From NCBI GenBank assembly GCA_041662965.1, contig JBAZRI010000005.1, positions 6,166 to 70,165 on the forward strand: 64,000 nt of DNA, in the 5' to 3' direction. Origin of the DNA: Patescibacteria group bacterium (lineage in GTDB: Bacteria > Patescibacteriota > Patescibacteriia > Patescibacteriales > GWC2-42-12). The notes beneath the pieces are model-generated. The model did no database searches. It had not been told where the DNA came from and saw only the letters and a program-made list of their open reading frames with translations. Positions 7,389 through 16,007 of this stretch are shown piece after piece (the stretch's first letter is position 1; each line of letters starts with the position of its first letter). The position numbers were made by a program, and so were the translations under genes.

Positions 7389-9392
7389 TTATTGTATGAT
7401 TCCGTCTCCGCTCGCCATATTATCATCTTCCAGCTTAGTGGTTTTGGCTTTCAGAGTTTTATTTATCTGCATGCCGGTTTCCGAGTCAACGGCCGTCGCG
7501 CCCGTGCCCGGGAGAATTATCATGATTTTATTTCTGTCGGCTTCGCCCGGATTAACGCTGATGTTAAACTCGGCGTCGGCTTTATAAACCGTAACCGGCA
7601 AACGGCCGATTTGCCAGACGACTTGGTTGGTTTGGGCATCGTAATCAAGCGACCCGACCGAAGCCCGATTTTTATTATCCCAAGCTACGTTAGCCGGCAA
7701 AGTTACGCTGATCCGCAAATCGCTTAATTCATGCAAATTATTATTTATCACCCAATAAACTTTTAAGCTGGTGCTTTGCCCGACCTTAGGCGGCAGAGGC
7801 CCGGAGCCAACCGCCAGATTATCATCATTAAAATATCTTACCTCTTCCGACAGCTTTAAATCGCTGTTGATTTTATTAATAACAGTATTGCTTTGGCTGT
7901 CGGTAGCGGCGCTTTTGCCGCCGATGCTGTATTGCGCGTAGCTTTTTGCCTGATAGGCCTTGCTTAAATCAATTTCCGCCTGCGTTTTTAATTTTAACGA
8001 AAAGTCAATTACTCCTTCGGCGCCGCTGGCTAATTCGGCTAAAGCCGGAAGCTCCTCTTTACTCCAGCTAATGGTGTTGCCGCCCGCCTGTCCGGCAGAC
8101 AGGCTTACTCGGCCGTTGTTCGCGTCGCTTAGAGTCTGCCAATCAATGAAATCGCTTTCTATAATCGCCATAATGATAACGTCTTTCATGACGGCATCGC
8201 CTTTATTCGCGTAGTTAATTGAATAATTTAAAGTTTGGCCGAAATCAACTCCCTGGTCAAACGGCGAACCGTTGATTATCAAATTCATGTTTAAATCGCT
8301 TTTAACCACGTCAATGGCTAAATCTTTGGCGTAAAATAAATGATATTTCGCCGGCAGGTTTAAAACTTCTTCCGGCAATTCAAATTTTAATTTTATATTG
8401 ATATTCGGCTGTTTTTTTTCTTTGATTTTAAACTTAATTTTAAATTCATTTTCATTCTTGCCGAAATTGCTTAACAGCCAGGCGCCCGGACCGCTGGCTT
8501 CTATTTTTAGGCCGGCCGGCGAGCCAGCCTCTACGGCTGGCGAGCTTGAAGCCGTATTGATTATTTCCACTTCACCCGGGTATTCAAGGCTTAAACGGAA
8601 GTTATCAATATAATTTTCAGTTTTAGCCTTAAATTTAACTATAATTTCATTGGTTTCATTAATTAGCGCGCTTGAAGAATTGCTAAGCGAAAAATCCAGG
8701 CCGATATCGTTTATCTTAGTTTCAAAACTGGCGGATTTTTTGAATTCGCTGGAAAAATTCTGCGGCGTATACAGCATATCGGCTAAAATAATATTACTTG
8801 AATCAATCGGCCCGGCCAGCTTGCCTTTTATCCTTATAACGCCGCTGCGGTTCGCGCTCAGGCCGGCTATTTCCCAGATATCGTTATTTTTGCTCGGTTC
8901 GGGGTCGCTGCTTAAAAATATAAAATTATCCGGGTAGGTGGCTTTTATCCCGATTTTAGTTAAGCCGACGCTGTCTTCGTTTTTATAATTTAAGTCATAA
9001 TAAAATTCTTCGCCCGCGGCCGCTTCTTTTTTAGACTCAAATTCAAGGGTGGCCGATGGCTTGCTGTTAATCATTTTTAGATAAATATAATTATAGGCGC
9101 CGTAAATTGAACCGGCAAAAACAAACAGCACGATTAAAAAAGTGAATATATTAAACAGCAGGCCGCGCTTCGGCTTAATTATCATTTTTCTCACGTCAAC
9201 CGCCTGGCCCTGGTCGTCTTGGTAAATCTTCGTTAAACTGTCTTTTATCTCTTCTTCTTTGGCTTCATTTTGAGCGTATTCTTCAAAAGCTTCAACTTCC
9301 TCGTCCGAGGCTATCGGCCGCTGGATGAATTCCGACAGGCTTGATGATTTCTGTTTTATTTTTATTTCGTTGTTTTTCATATTTATTGTCAT
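7389..9392 (-). CDS. Membrane-anchored large surface protein with repeated beta-rich domains, function unknown
   Basis: 667 aa. A single N-terminal TM (LLFNIFTFLIVLFVFAGSIYGAY) followed by a long Ser/Asn/Thr-rich extracytoplasmic region. Confidence 0.6.
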   Translation of the reverse strand: MTINMKNNEIKIKQKSSSLSEFIQRPIASDEEVEAFEEYAQNEAKEEEIKDSLTKIYQDDQGQAVDVRKMIIKPKRGLLFNIFTFLIVLFVFAGSIYGAYNYIYLKMINSKPSATLEFESKKEAAAGEEFYYDLNYKNEDSVGLTKIGIKATYPDNFIFLSSDPEPSKNNDIWEIAGLSANRSGVIRIKGKLAGPIDSSNIILADMLYTPQNFSSEFKKSASFETKINDIGLDFSLSNSSSALINETNEIIVKFKAKTENYIDNFRLSLEYPGEVEIINTASSSPAVEAGSPAGLKIEASGPGAWLLSNFGKNENEFKIKFKIKEKKQPNINIKLKFELPEEVLNLPAKYHLFYAKDLAIDVVKSDLNMNLIINGSPFDQGVDFGQTLNYSINYANKGDAVMKDVIIMAIIESDFIDWQTLSDANNGRVSLSAGQAGGNTISWSKEELPALAELASGAEGVIDFSLKLKTQAEIDLSKAYQAKSYAQYSIGGKSAATDSQSNTVINKINSDLKLSEEVRYFNDDNLAVGSGPLPPKVGQSTSLKVYWVINNNLHELSDLRISVTLPANVAWDNKNRASVGSLDYDAQTNQVVWQIGRLPVTVYKADAEFNISVNPGEADRNKIMIILPGTGATAVDSETGMQINKTLKAKTTKLEDDNMASGDGIIQ

Positions 9393-9574
9393 TCTAAATT
9401 AATTGTTATCGCGAGGAGAGCGGCGGTGCGACGCGGCAATCTGATTATTTGTCATCTCGACGACCGCAGGGAGGAGAGATCTATAATAGTCGGCTAGCTC
9501 GACTGTCAAGAATTATAGATTTCTCGCCTACGGCTCGAAATGACAAAACTACAGAGTCGCCCGCAATGACAAAT
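9385..9574. repeat. Cluster of GC-rich palindromic repeat modules (family 1 variants)
   Basis: gttatcgcgag...gcggcaatct; inverted pair gtcatctcga...atctataat / attatagat...tcgaaatgac around a central palindrome; gcccgcaatgac. Confidence 0.85.
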
Positions 9575-9578
9575 AGCC

Positions 9579-12350
9579 TTATTTTTCCTCAACGATTATG
9601 CCGATTATTTTATCCTGATTTAAATCTTCGGTGATTAACCAGCCGTCCGCGCCGCCGCCTAAATCAACCGGATATTTCCAGATTGGCGCGAAGCCGCCGC
9701 CTAATTTTAATTCGCTGGTTATGGTGGATGAATTCATGCCCGGCTGTTTTTGCACTAACAGCGAATATGAATATAAATTTTTCTGTTCCGGATTTAAAAC
9801 CGCGCCGGCCTTGGTGATAAGCTGATCCGCGAAATTATCTCCGGCCGGCTCCGGCTTAGCGGTTAATTTAAAAGGCAGTTTATATTTTATATTTATTTCA
9901 ACGGTTTCCCCCGGGTCAAGCTGGGACCAGTTGGCGAAGACGGTTTTATTGAATTCATTATAAATTTTCGTGCCGGTGGCTTCGTCCGTTCGCGCCTGGC
10001 TTTCGGCGGCGAAAACTTCGGGATCATTTTCCAGGCCGGCCATTTCTTTATCAAAAAATATTTTATCCACCGGCTTAAAGCCGCTAACTTCCAATAATTC
10101 CGAGCCGAGCGGCACGTAAACTCTTAGCCAATTAACGTTTCTCACTCCGGAAAAAGGCTCGCGCTTAATCGCTTCATGAACGCGCCTAATAGTTAAATTA
10201 TTAATAATTGACCCGTCCGGCTGAATTTCGCTTTGCTGGATAATTTCCTGCTTGATTTTACGGTCGCTTTTTCCGCCGGCGATGTTAGTATTGATAACAT
10301 TTAAATAATCGCCGGCCGTATCTTTAATCCGGCCGCTCCAGCCCAAGTCATCGGCTTTAGCCTGTAAAGCTTCATCCGTAAAATAAAATAAAATATTTTT
10401 GCCGGCGAGCGACTCTTCAATCGCCTTAAATAACGGCCCTAAATTATCCTTAGTCAGCCGCTTAGGCAATTCTTCAATAATTTTATTCATTAAATCACCG
10501 ATGATTTTTTTCGGCTCTCTGGTTACGTCCGGTTTTTGCTCGGCCAGTTTTTGCGTTTCCATAAAGAAATTATCCGCGCCGATAGTTAAGCCGTATTTTT
10601 CTTGCAAATCCACCGGGCCGATTATGGCTAACAATTTTTCCATCACGGTTGGCGTAAAGCTAATAACGCCGTCAACGGTTGAACCGTCGGAATTTTCATA
10701 AAACCAAGCGAGCTTTTCCGCGCTGGTCGGCCAATCCGGCCACCAATTCGCGTCCCAAAAATGCCAATCGGCCCTAACCAGACTTAAAGGCTCCGGCGCT
10801 TTTATTTTTTTTAAAAAACCGGCATCAGTATCGTAGCTGCCGCCGCCCGGAACTTCAATATTTTTTATCTCGCCTTTGGAAAAATCTATTAAAGCAAAAC
10901 TGCCGATAAAGCCGCCCGAAGCGCGCAGTTCCGAGTTATTTTGAAAGACTAATAGATAGCGCTTAGCCGCGCTGGCGCCTAAAAAATTTCCGAGGCTATC
11001 GGCTAAACTGATAAATTCTTTTAAGCCGCGGCTAAGCTGGCCGGCTTTTTGTTTTAATAAAATAAATTCTGTTTGGTAATTTTCCGGTATAACCTCGCTG
11101 TTTATCTGGTCTAAGGTTTTATTTAATTCGCTTAAATCGGTTATGGCGTTATTTCCGTAAAAACTTAAATTCTTTAAAATGTTATTAACGTTATCGGCCC
11201 GGTAGCTAAACAGGCTCTCCATAGCCAAGCTTAAATTTTTTCCCGCGGCCGCGCTTAGCTCGCCGGCGCGCAAAATATTTTTGCCGGCGGCGGCCAGGCG
11301 CATATTTTTATCAGGCAAAACCGAAGCTAAAGCGAAAAGCAAACCGTTGATTTCTTTTAGCTCGTTTTGCGCGCTTAAAAAATTATCGCCGGCGCTTTTA
11401 AAGCCTTGGCCGGCTTGGTTAAAATTAAAATTCGCGGCCGATTGCCCGGCGGAAATTAAATTGCCAATGGCGCTCTCGCTGGCGCCTAAAACCTTGCCGC
11501 GAACCACGTTGATAACTTTATAATAGGTAAAAGCTTTAACCGGTAAAATTATGATAAATAATATTCCGGCGAAAATTAAAACCGGCTTTAAGTAGCCAAC
11601 TAACCGCCTGTCATTGCGAGGAGCGATAGCGACGAAGCAATCTCTTTCTTCGCCAACAGATTTCTTTTCCGCCGCCGCGAGCGACCGCAGGGAGCGAAGC
11701 AATCTCGCGAAGATTGAAACAGCCGCTAGCTGCTTAGCCTGAAGGTCTTGAGGTATATTTTTAATAACTTTATTTACTGCCGGGTGAAATTTAATAAATA
11801 ACAGATAACCCGCTTTTTTAATCGGCTTAATTATGGCTAAAAGCAAAAAGTAAGCCAGCCTTAAAATAAAGACGATTGTCCAGCCGGCCGCGTAGCAAAT
11901 TTTATAAAGCAGCCAATAAACTTTTTTTAGAATAAAATACAGCGCCTTGCCTAAAACGATAAGCGCCAGCTGATTAGATAAAACAACCAAGTAACTGTCA
12001 TTGCGAGCGACCGCAGGGAGCGCGGCAATCTTATTCTTTCTCTTTTTGTCATTGCGAGCTGGCTTTTCCTTTGTCATTCCCGCGAAGGCGGGAATCCAGA
12101 AATTACGGCTGCGAACCATTAAGGCTATAATATTCTTTTTGGCATTTTCACTCCCCGCCTTTAGTATTCCCTTGTAATCCACTTCCGCCAATTTTTCCAG
12201 CTTTTCTTCAAGACGTCCGACGTCTCCAAGACGTCGGACGTCTTTTGCTTTGGTTTCTTCTTTAGGCAGATTCTGCTTTAAATCAATAACAAAACGGGAC
12301 GATTTCACATCCGGGTTAACTTTTAAATTATGGGGATTATTTAAAGCCAT
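9579..12350 (-). CDS. DUF4012 domain protein (paralog 1) with repeat-derived N-terminal extension
   Basis: LLVFQNNSELRASGGFIGSFALIDFSKGEI and WHFWDANWWPDWP parallel the second paralog at 30561..32555. The N-terminal ~250 aa carries in-frame repeat modules. Confidence 0.8.
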   Translation of the reverse strand: MALNNPHNLKVNPDVKSSRFVIDLKQNLPKEETKAKDVRRLGDVGRLEEKLEKLAEVDYKGILKAGSENAKKNIIALMVRSRNFWIPAFAGMTKEKPARNDKKRKNKIAALPAVARNDSYLVVLSNQLALIVLGKALYFILKKVYWLLYKICYAAGWTIVFILRLAYFLLLAIIKPIKKAGYLLFIKFHPAVNKVIKNIPQDLQAKQLAAVSIFARLLRSLRSLAAAEKKSVGEERDCFVAIAPRNDRRLVGYLKPVLIFAGILFIIILPVKAFTYYKVINVVRGKVLGASESAIGNLISAGQSAANFNFNQAGQGFKSAGDNFLSAQNELKEINGLLFALASVLPDKNMRLAAAGKNILRAGELSAAAGKNLSLAMESLFSYRADNVNNILKNLSFYGNNAITDLSELNKTLDQINSEVIPENYQTEFILLKQKAGQLSRGLKEFISLADSLGNFLGASAAKRYLLVFQNNSELRASGGFIGSFALIDFSKGEIKNIEVPGGGSYDTDAGFLKKIKAPEPLSLVRADWHFWDANWWPDWPTSAEKLAWFYENSDGSTVDGVISFTPTVMEKLLAIIGPVDLQEKYGLTIGADNFFMETQKLAEQKPDVTREPKKIIGDLMNKIIEELPKRLTKDNLGPLFKAIEESLAGKNILFYFTDEALQAKADDLGWSGRIKDTAGDYLNVINTNIAGGKSDRKIKQEIIQQSEIQPDGSIINNLTIRRVHEAIKREPFSGVRNVNWLRVYVPLGSELLEVSGFKPVDKIFFDKEMAGLENDPEVFAAESQARTDEATGTKIYNEFNKTVFANWSQLDPGETVEINIKYKLPFKLTAKPEPAGDNFADQLITKAGAVLNPEQKNLYSYSLLVQKQPGMNSSTITSELKLGGGFAPIWKYPVDLGGGADGWLITEDLNQDKIIGIIVEEK
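11610..11709. repeat. Family-1 modules inside the DUF4012 CDS
   Basis: gtcattgcgaggagcgatagcgacgaagcaatctc and gcgagcgaccgcagggagcgaagcaatctcgcg, read in frame as ...CFVAIAPRND... and ...LRSLRSLAAA... Confidence 0.9.
11997..12099. repeat. Family-1 modules inside the DUF4012 CDS
   Basis: gtcattgcgagcgaccgcagggagcgcggcaatct, gtcattgcgagc, gtcattcccgcgaaggcgggaatccag, read in frame as ...PAFAGMTKEKPARNDKK...AALPAVARND... Confidence 0.9.
12211..12243. repeat. Tandem 15-nt palindromes agacgtcSgacgtct (each with two GACGTC cores) inside the CDS
   Basis: agacgtccgacgtct (12211..12225) and agacgtcggacgtct (12229..12243). A third copy lies at 39251..39265. Confidence 0.9.
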
Positions 12351-12526
12351 TTATTTTTATAAAATACAAAAAATTTCTGTTTTTAAAGCAGTGTGAGTAG
12401 TTATTAACAGTTATTATTATAACACAAAATATGGAAAAGAAGAAAATATTAGATTTTATAAAAAAATAAGGTCTGAATGCATTTGCTTTAAGTAAGCATC
12501 TGCATCCAAACCTTTTGAACTTCGGA

Positions 12527-13126
12527 CTACGCCACCGGTAAGAAACCGACGGAGAATCTTCTGCCTGACTCAATTATTTGAGTGGAAGGCAATGAGTTTA
12601 CAATGAATTTGCCAACGTCAAAAAACTGATTAACCGCCAATTTTACGTTTGATTTAATTTTGGTGGATCCATCCACCGCCTGTGCGCGGAGATAGGATAT
12701 CTTGCCTTTTTTTGTTTCCTTGTTTTTGAGCTCTATTAAAGCCGTTACTTCACTACCAGCTTTTTCTTTCTCCGCCCCAAAAACATAGACTGGTATAAAT
12801 CCTCCTTTGACACTTTTCCGGCATTCCCAGTACGGCTCTATGCCTTGGCCAGGCTGATTGTATTTGGCATCTCGGTCAATGCGTAAATTCGCCAAAACCG
12901 GCTCCCAGATATTCTCTCTGGCTATTCCACCTGCATTTGCTACATTATTGCCGATTCTGGCTTCGTCCGCCGTCTTGACAATACTATCTACTGCTTTTGT
13001 CGCCTCAAAACCGATAACCTCAAAACAATTCCTACAAGTCCTTGCTTTATCTGATTTGTTTTTACCGCAAACCGGACAACCCTTGCCCGACGCCAGAACT
13101 TCCGCCAACAATATAATCGTATTCAT
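12527..13126 (-). CDS. Hypothetical protein with N-terminal CxxC...CxxC zinc ribbon (SD-led island gene)
   Basis: 199 aa. CPVCGKNKSDKARTCRNC. Strong SD GGAGGG 6 nt upstream of the ATG. No family recognised. Confidence 0.65.
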   Translation of the reverse strand: MNTIILLAEVLASGKGCPVCGKNKSDKARTCRNCFEVIGFEATKAVDSIVKTADEARIGNNVANAGGIARENIWEPVLANLRIDRDAKYNQPGQGIEPYWECRKSVKGGFIPVYVFGAEKEKAGSEVTALIELKNKETKKGKISYLRAQAVDGSTKIKSNVKLAVNQFFDVGKFIVNSLPSTQIIESGRRFSVGFLPVA

Positions 13127-13171
13127 CGTAATCCCTCCTATCTTTTGTTGTTATACGTTTAATTTCCTAAT

Positions 13172-13441
13172 TTAAAATTTCAAAGGCTTAGGTTCGCCCA
13201 GCTCTTCCCACCAGTAGTCCTCGGACTCGTCGTTATCATTAAATAGCTTTCCGAGGACTTCCGACGTAACAGGTTGGGAACAAACAGCAATCGTATATTG
13301 GTCCCAATCAAGCCCACTAATTTTATCCGTTATATAAGGCGGATGGACTCCATCAAAAACTGCGTTGACAGCTCTCTGCAGAGTATCAATCTCTATCTGC
13401 CCTTTCCAGTCCCAATAGTAAAATAATACTTTTATTGACAT
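13172..13441 (-). CDS. Small acidic Trp-rich hypothetical protein (SD-led island gene)
   Basis: Start set at MSIKV... (89 aa) because GGAGGAGGAG lies just upstream. The track ORF begins 15 nt earlier, inside the SD. Confidence 0.6.
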   Translation of the reverse strand: MSIKVLFYYWDWKGQIEIDTLQRAVNAVFDGVHPPYITDKISGLDWDQYTIAVCSQPVTSEVLGKLFNDNDESEDYWWEELGEPKPLKF

Positions 13442-13470
13442 CTCTCCTCCTCCCATTTGATGTTTGACAT

Positions 13471-13500
13471 ATTATCGAATGTATTACATTCGTTATTAAA
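13471..13500 (-). promoter_or_regulatory. Promoter-like TTTAAT-18-GATAAT with a 17-nt perfect palindrome in the spacer
   Basis: Palindrome cgaatgt-att-acattcg at 13476..13492, 35 nt upstream of the ATG at 13441. Confidence 0.45.
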
Positions 13501-13515
13501 GTTCTCGCGATTCTT

Positions 13516-13559
13516 ACGCAATCTTTTATTTACTAAAATTAATAAACAAAAGATTGCGT
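13516..13559 (-). terminator. Hairpin downstream of the MYG1-like gene
   Basis: acgcaatctttt ... aaaagattgcgt: perfect 12-bp arms with a 20-nt loop. No clean T-run follows. Confidence 0.45.
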
Positions 13560-13572
13560 TAATCGCTTTATG

Positions 13573-14571
13573 TTATCTTTTTCTATCTTGACATTTACTA
13601 AAACCATATTTGGAAAAAGGACAACTTAAACCTTCTTGATCACAATCGCAATACTCCGAATGTTCCGAACTTAAGCCGTTCCAGACAAAAGAAACAATTT
13701 CGCTTAATTTAAGCTTGGTCGGCTCGGCTTTATTTAAAGCTTCGGAGCCGTTTAAAAAAGCATTTAAGCTTCTATGGTAAAACCAATTGGGGATCAAAGA
13801 ATTTTTGCCTTCAAACTGCAGTTTGGCCGGATCAATCGGCTTGGTATAACCGCTTAATTCCAGTTCTCTCATTCTAATGGCGGCGACAATTTCTTTTAAA
13901 TTAAGGCGATGATGTTTATTAGTTAAAATCATAACATGGCCGGTTGAACGTTTCTGAATTACCGATGATAAGTTGTCCATGGTTATGCCGTAGTTAGCCA
14001 GCTGGGAATTATCCGATTCAACTACGCCGATTTTTAATTTATTGTTATTTTTCTTTATTTTATAAATTTTACACTTATTCTCATATTCTTTTTTAACATT
14101 ATAATGCCAGTCAATCTGCGAAGTTTGAAAATAATTAATTAACCTTAAACCAAGCTCTACAACTTTTAATGAAGATAACTTTTGTTTATGAAAACATTTT
14201 ATTAAATAAGCTAAATCGCCATAGCGGTTATGCAAGCCTTCTAAATCATCTTCTCTAACATAATTTAATAAAGCGATTAATTCCGGATTTTTTTCTATCT
14301 CCAAGTTAGCGGCAACAAGAGACGTAGCCGTTTCTTTAGCAACGCTTTGATGATGATCAAACATGCCGCCACCGATATCAATTGATAAAACCTTTTCGGC
14401 TATGAATTTATTAATATCTTCCGGTTTCGGATCATGGCTGTTTTCCCAAAAAATAATCTCAGCGGTTTCAACGCCGGGAAATTTTTCTTTGCCATATTGC
14501 CTTAAAAGATAAATCGCGGCAATCGGGTCTAAATGCGGCTTATTGGGAATTAATATTTTTTTTATTTCCAT
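13573..14571 (-). CDS. Putative DHH-superfamily, MYG1/UPF0160-like metal-dependent hydrolase with Cys-rich C-terminal tail
   Basis: SIDIGGGMFDHHQS resembles the MYG1 VDVGGEYD...YDHHQ motif. N-terminal PHLDPIAAIYLLRQY resembles the HxDE..A..LLR segment. Tail is CDCDQEGLSCPFSKYGFSKC. Confidence 0.4.
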   Translation of the reverse strand: MEIKKILIPNKPHLDPIAAIYLLRQYGKEKFPGVETAEIIFWENSHDPKPEDINKFIAEKVLSIDIGGGMFDHHQSVAKETATSLVAANLEIEKNPELIALLNYVREDDLEGLHNRYGDLAYLIKCFHKQKLSSLKVVELGLRLINYFQTSQIDWHYNVKKEYENKCKIYKIKKNNNKLKIGVVESDNSQLANYGITMDNLSSVIQKRSTGHVMILTNKHHRLNLKEIVAAIRMRELELSGYTKPIDPAKLQFEGKNSLIPNWFYHRSLNAFLNGSEALNKAEPTKLKLSEIVSFVWNGLSSEHSEYCDCDQEGLSCPFSKYGFSKCQDRKR

Positions 14572-14598
14572 GCCAATAAATAATTTTATTAATAAAAT

Positions 14599-14627
14599 AC
14601 TATATCATATTTTTCACTTTATGTCAA
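14599..14627 (-). promoter_or_regulatory. Consensus sigma70-like promoter TTGACA-17-TATAGT
   Basis: -35 at 14622..14627 and -10 at 14599..14604 on the minus strand, upstream of the ATG at 14571. Confidence 0.6.
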
Positions 14628-14683
14628 TATATTTCAAATTATATATAATTTTATTTAAATATTAGCCATTTTTATAATTTATT

Positions 14684-14713
14684 AAAAGACATTATCAGCC
14701 GATAATGTCTTTA
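14684..14713 (-). terminator. Intrinsic terminator after the GT4 gene
   Basis: aagacattatc-agcc-gataatgtctt: an 11-bp perfect stem followed by TTTT on the minus strand. Confidence 0.75.
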
Positions 14714-14731
14714 TGTTAATAAATTTTGTTT

Positions 14732-15874
14732 TTACAGCAAATTTTTATAAACCTCCAGCGTCTTTTCCGCGCAATCTGTCCAGCTGTATTTTTTTATTTG
14801 TTCATATCCCCTGCTTTTTAAATTTTCTTGCGAAGCTTTATCGGCCAGCGCTTTTTCAATCGCGTATTTCATATCCATTTTATCGCTTGGATTAAAATAC
14901 GAGGCGGCTGGACCGAGTATTTCCGGCAAACAGGTTTTATTTGAGCTAACGACCGCTAGGCCGTGCGCCATAGCTTCTAAGGGCGGCAAGCCGAAACCTT
15001 CGTAAAAAGAAGGAAAAACATAAAGAGCCGCGCCGGCGTACAAGGCTTTTAATTCATTATCCGGAACATAGCCGGGAAAAATAATATTACTGGAAAAAAT
15101 TTTAGCGAATTGTTTTAGCCGGCCGTAGAAATAATCTTCTTTACCCACTAAAATTAACTTTAAATCCGGGTGATTTTTTATGATTTCAGGGAAAATTTCT
15201 ATTAAGCCTTCCAAATTTTTATGCGGATAAGCATTGCCGACATAAAGTAAGTACGGCTGGCTGATGTTATATTTATTTAAAACCTCGTTAATATCTACGG
15301 GTTCGTTAATTTTAGTTAATTCAGCTACGCCCTCGTAAGTTACGATTATTTTTTCCGGATTAGTTTTAAATTGTTTGACTATTTCTTTTTTAGTATATCC
15401 GGAAACGGCTAATACTTTTTTTGACCTTTTAATCGCTAAGGAAATAACGATTTTATAAGCCAGATTTTTTATTTTGTAAATAACCGGCCCTAAAGTCGTG
15501 GCGCGCAAAGTCGGAAATTTTATTAAAATCAAATCATGAATGGTAACGATAAATTTAACCGGGCAGAAAATCGGCACGTTAAAATGCGGAAAGTGCATTA
15601 AATCCAGACGCTGGCGCCAAATATAAAATGGAAAAACTATCTGCTCGGCCAAGCCGTACCATCTTATGTCGGCCAGAACTTTTTTTACCCGTAGGCCGTC
15701 GCATTTAAAAGCGGAAAAATTTTCTTGGCGCAAAAAAATAACGTATTCATTGTCCCGGTCAAGCTTAATGATATTATCAACGACTTCCTGCGTATATCTG
15801 CCCAAGCCTTTGCCTAAGGGCCCGTAAAAGCGGGCGTCAATGCCGATGCGTTTGATTTTATTTTCTTTATTCAT
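14732..15874 (-). CDS. Glycosyltransferase family 4
   Basis: EGFGLPPLEAMAHGLAVVSS (GT4 E-x7-E region). Start moved to MNKENKIKRIGID because the track N-terminal extension translates a repeat module (IAGQARND). Confidence 0.85.
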   Translation of the reverse strand: MNKENKIKRIGIDARFYGPLGKGLGRYTQEVVDNIIKLDRDNEYVIFLRQENFSAFKCDGLRVKKVLADIRWYGLAEQIVFPFYIWRQRLDLMHFPHFNVPIFCPVKFIVTIHDLILIKFPTLRATTLGPVIYKIKNLAYKIVISLAIKRSKKVLAVSGYTKKEIVKQFKTNPEKIIVTYEGVAELTKINEPVDINEVLNKYNISQPYLLYVGNAYPHKNLEGLIEIFPEIIKNHPDLKLILVGKEDYFYGRLKQFAKIFSSNIIFPGYVPDNELKALYAGAALYVFPSFYEGFGLPPLEAMAHGLAVVSSNKTCLPEILGPAASYFNPSDKMDMKYAIEKALADKASQENLKSRGYEQIKKYSWTDCAEKTLEVYKNLL

Positions 15875-15886
15875 AAATAAATTTAT

Positions 15887-16007
15887 GTCATTGCGGGCTT
15901 GACCCGCAATCCAGGTTAAATCCGTAATAAATTTGCGATTAAAATATACTTTCAGAAACAACACCTGTGCTTTCTATTCTGGATTCCGGCTCGGAGGCCG
16001 GAATGAC
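15887..16007. repeat. Composite repeat: module C forward (15887..15914) and module D reverse (15979..16007)
   Basis: gtcattgcgggcttgacccgcaatccag ... ctggattccggctcggaggccggaatgac. Module D lies inside the 3' end of CDS 15939..17747. Confidence 0.9.
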
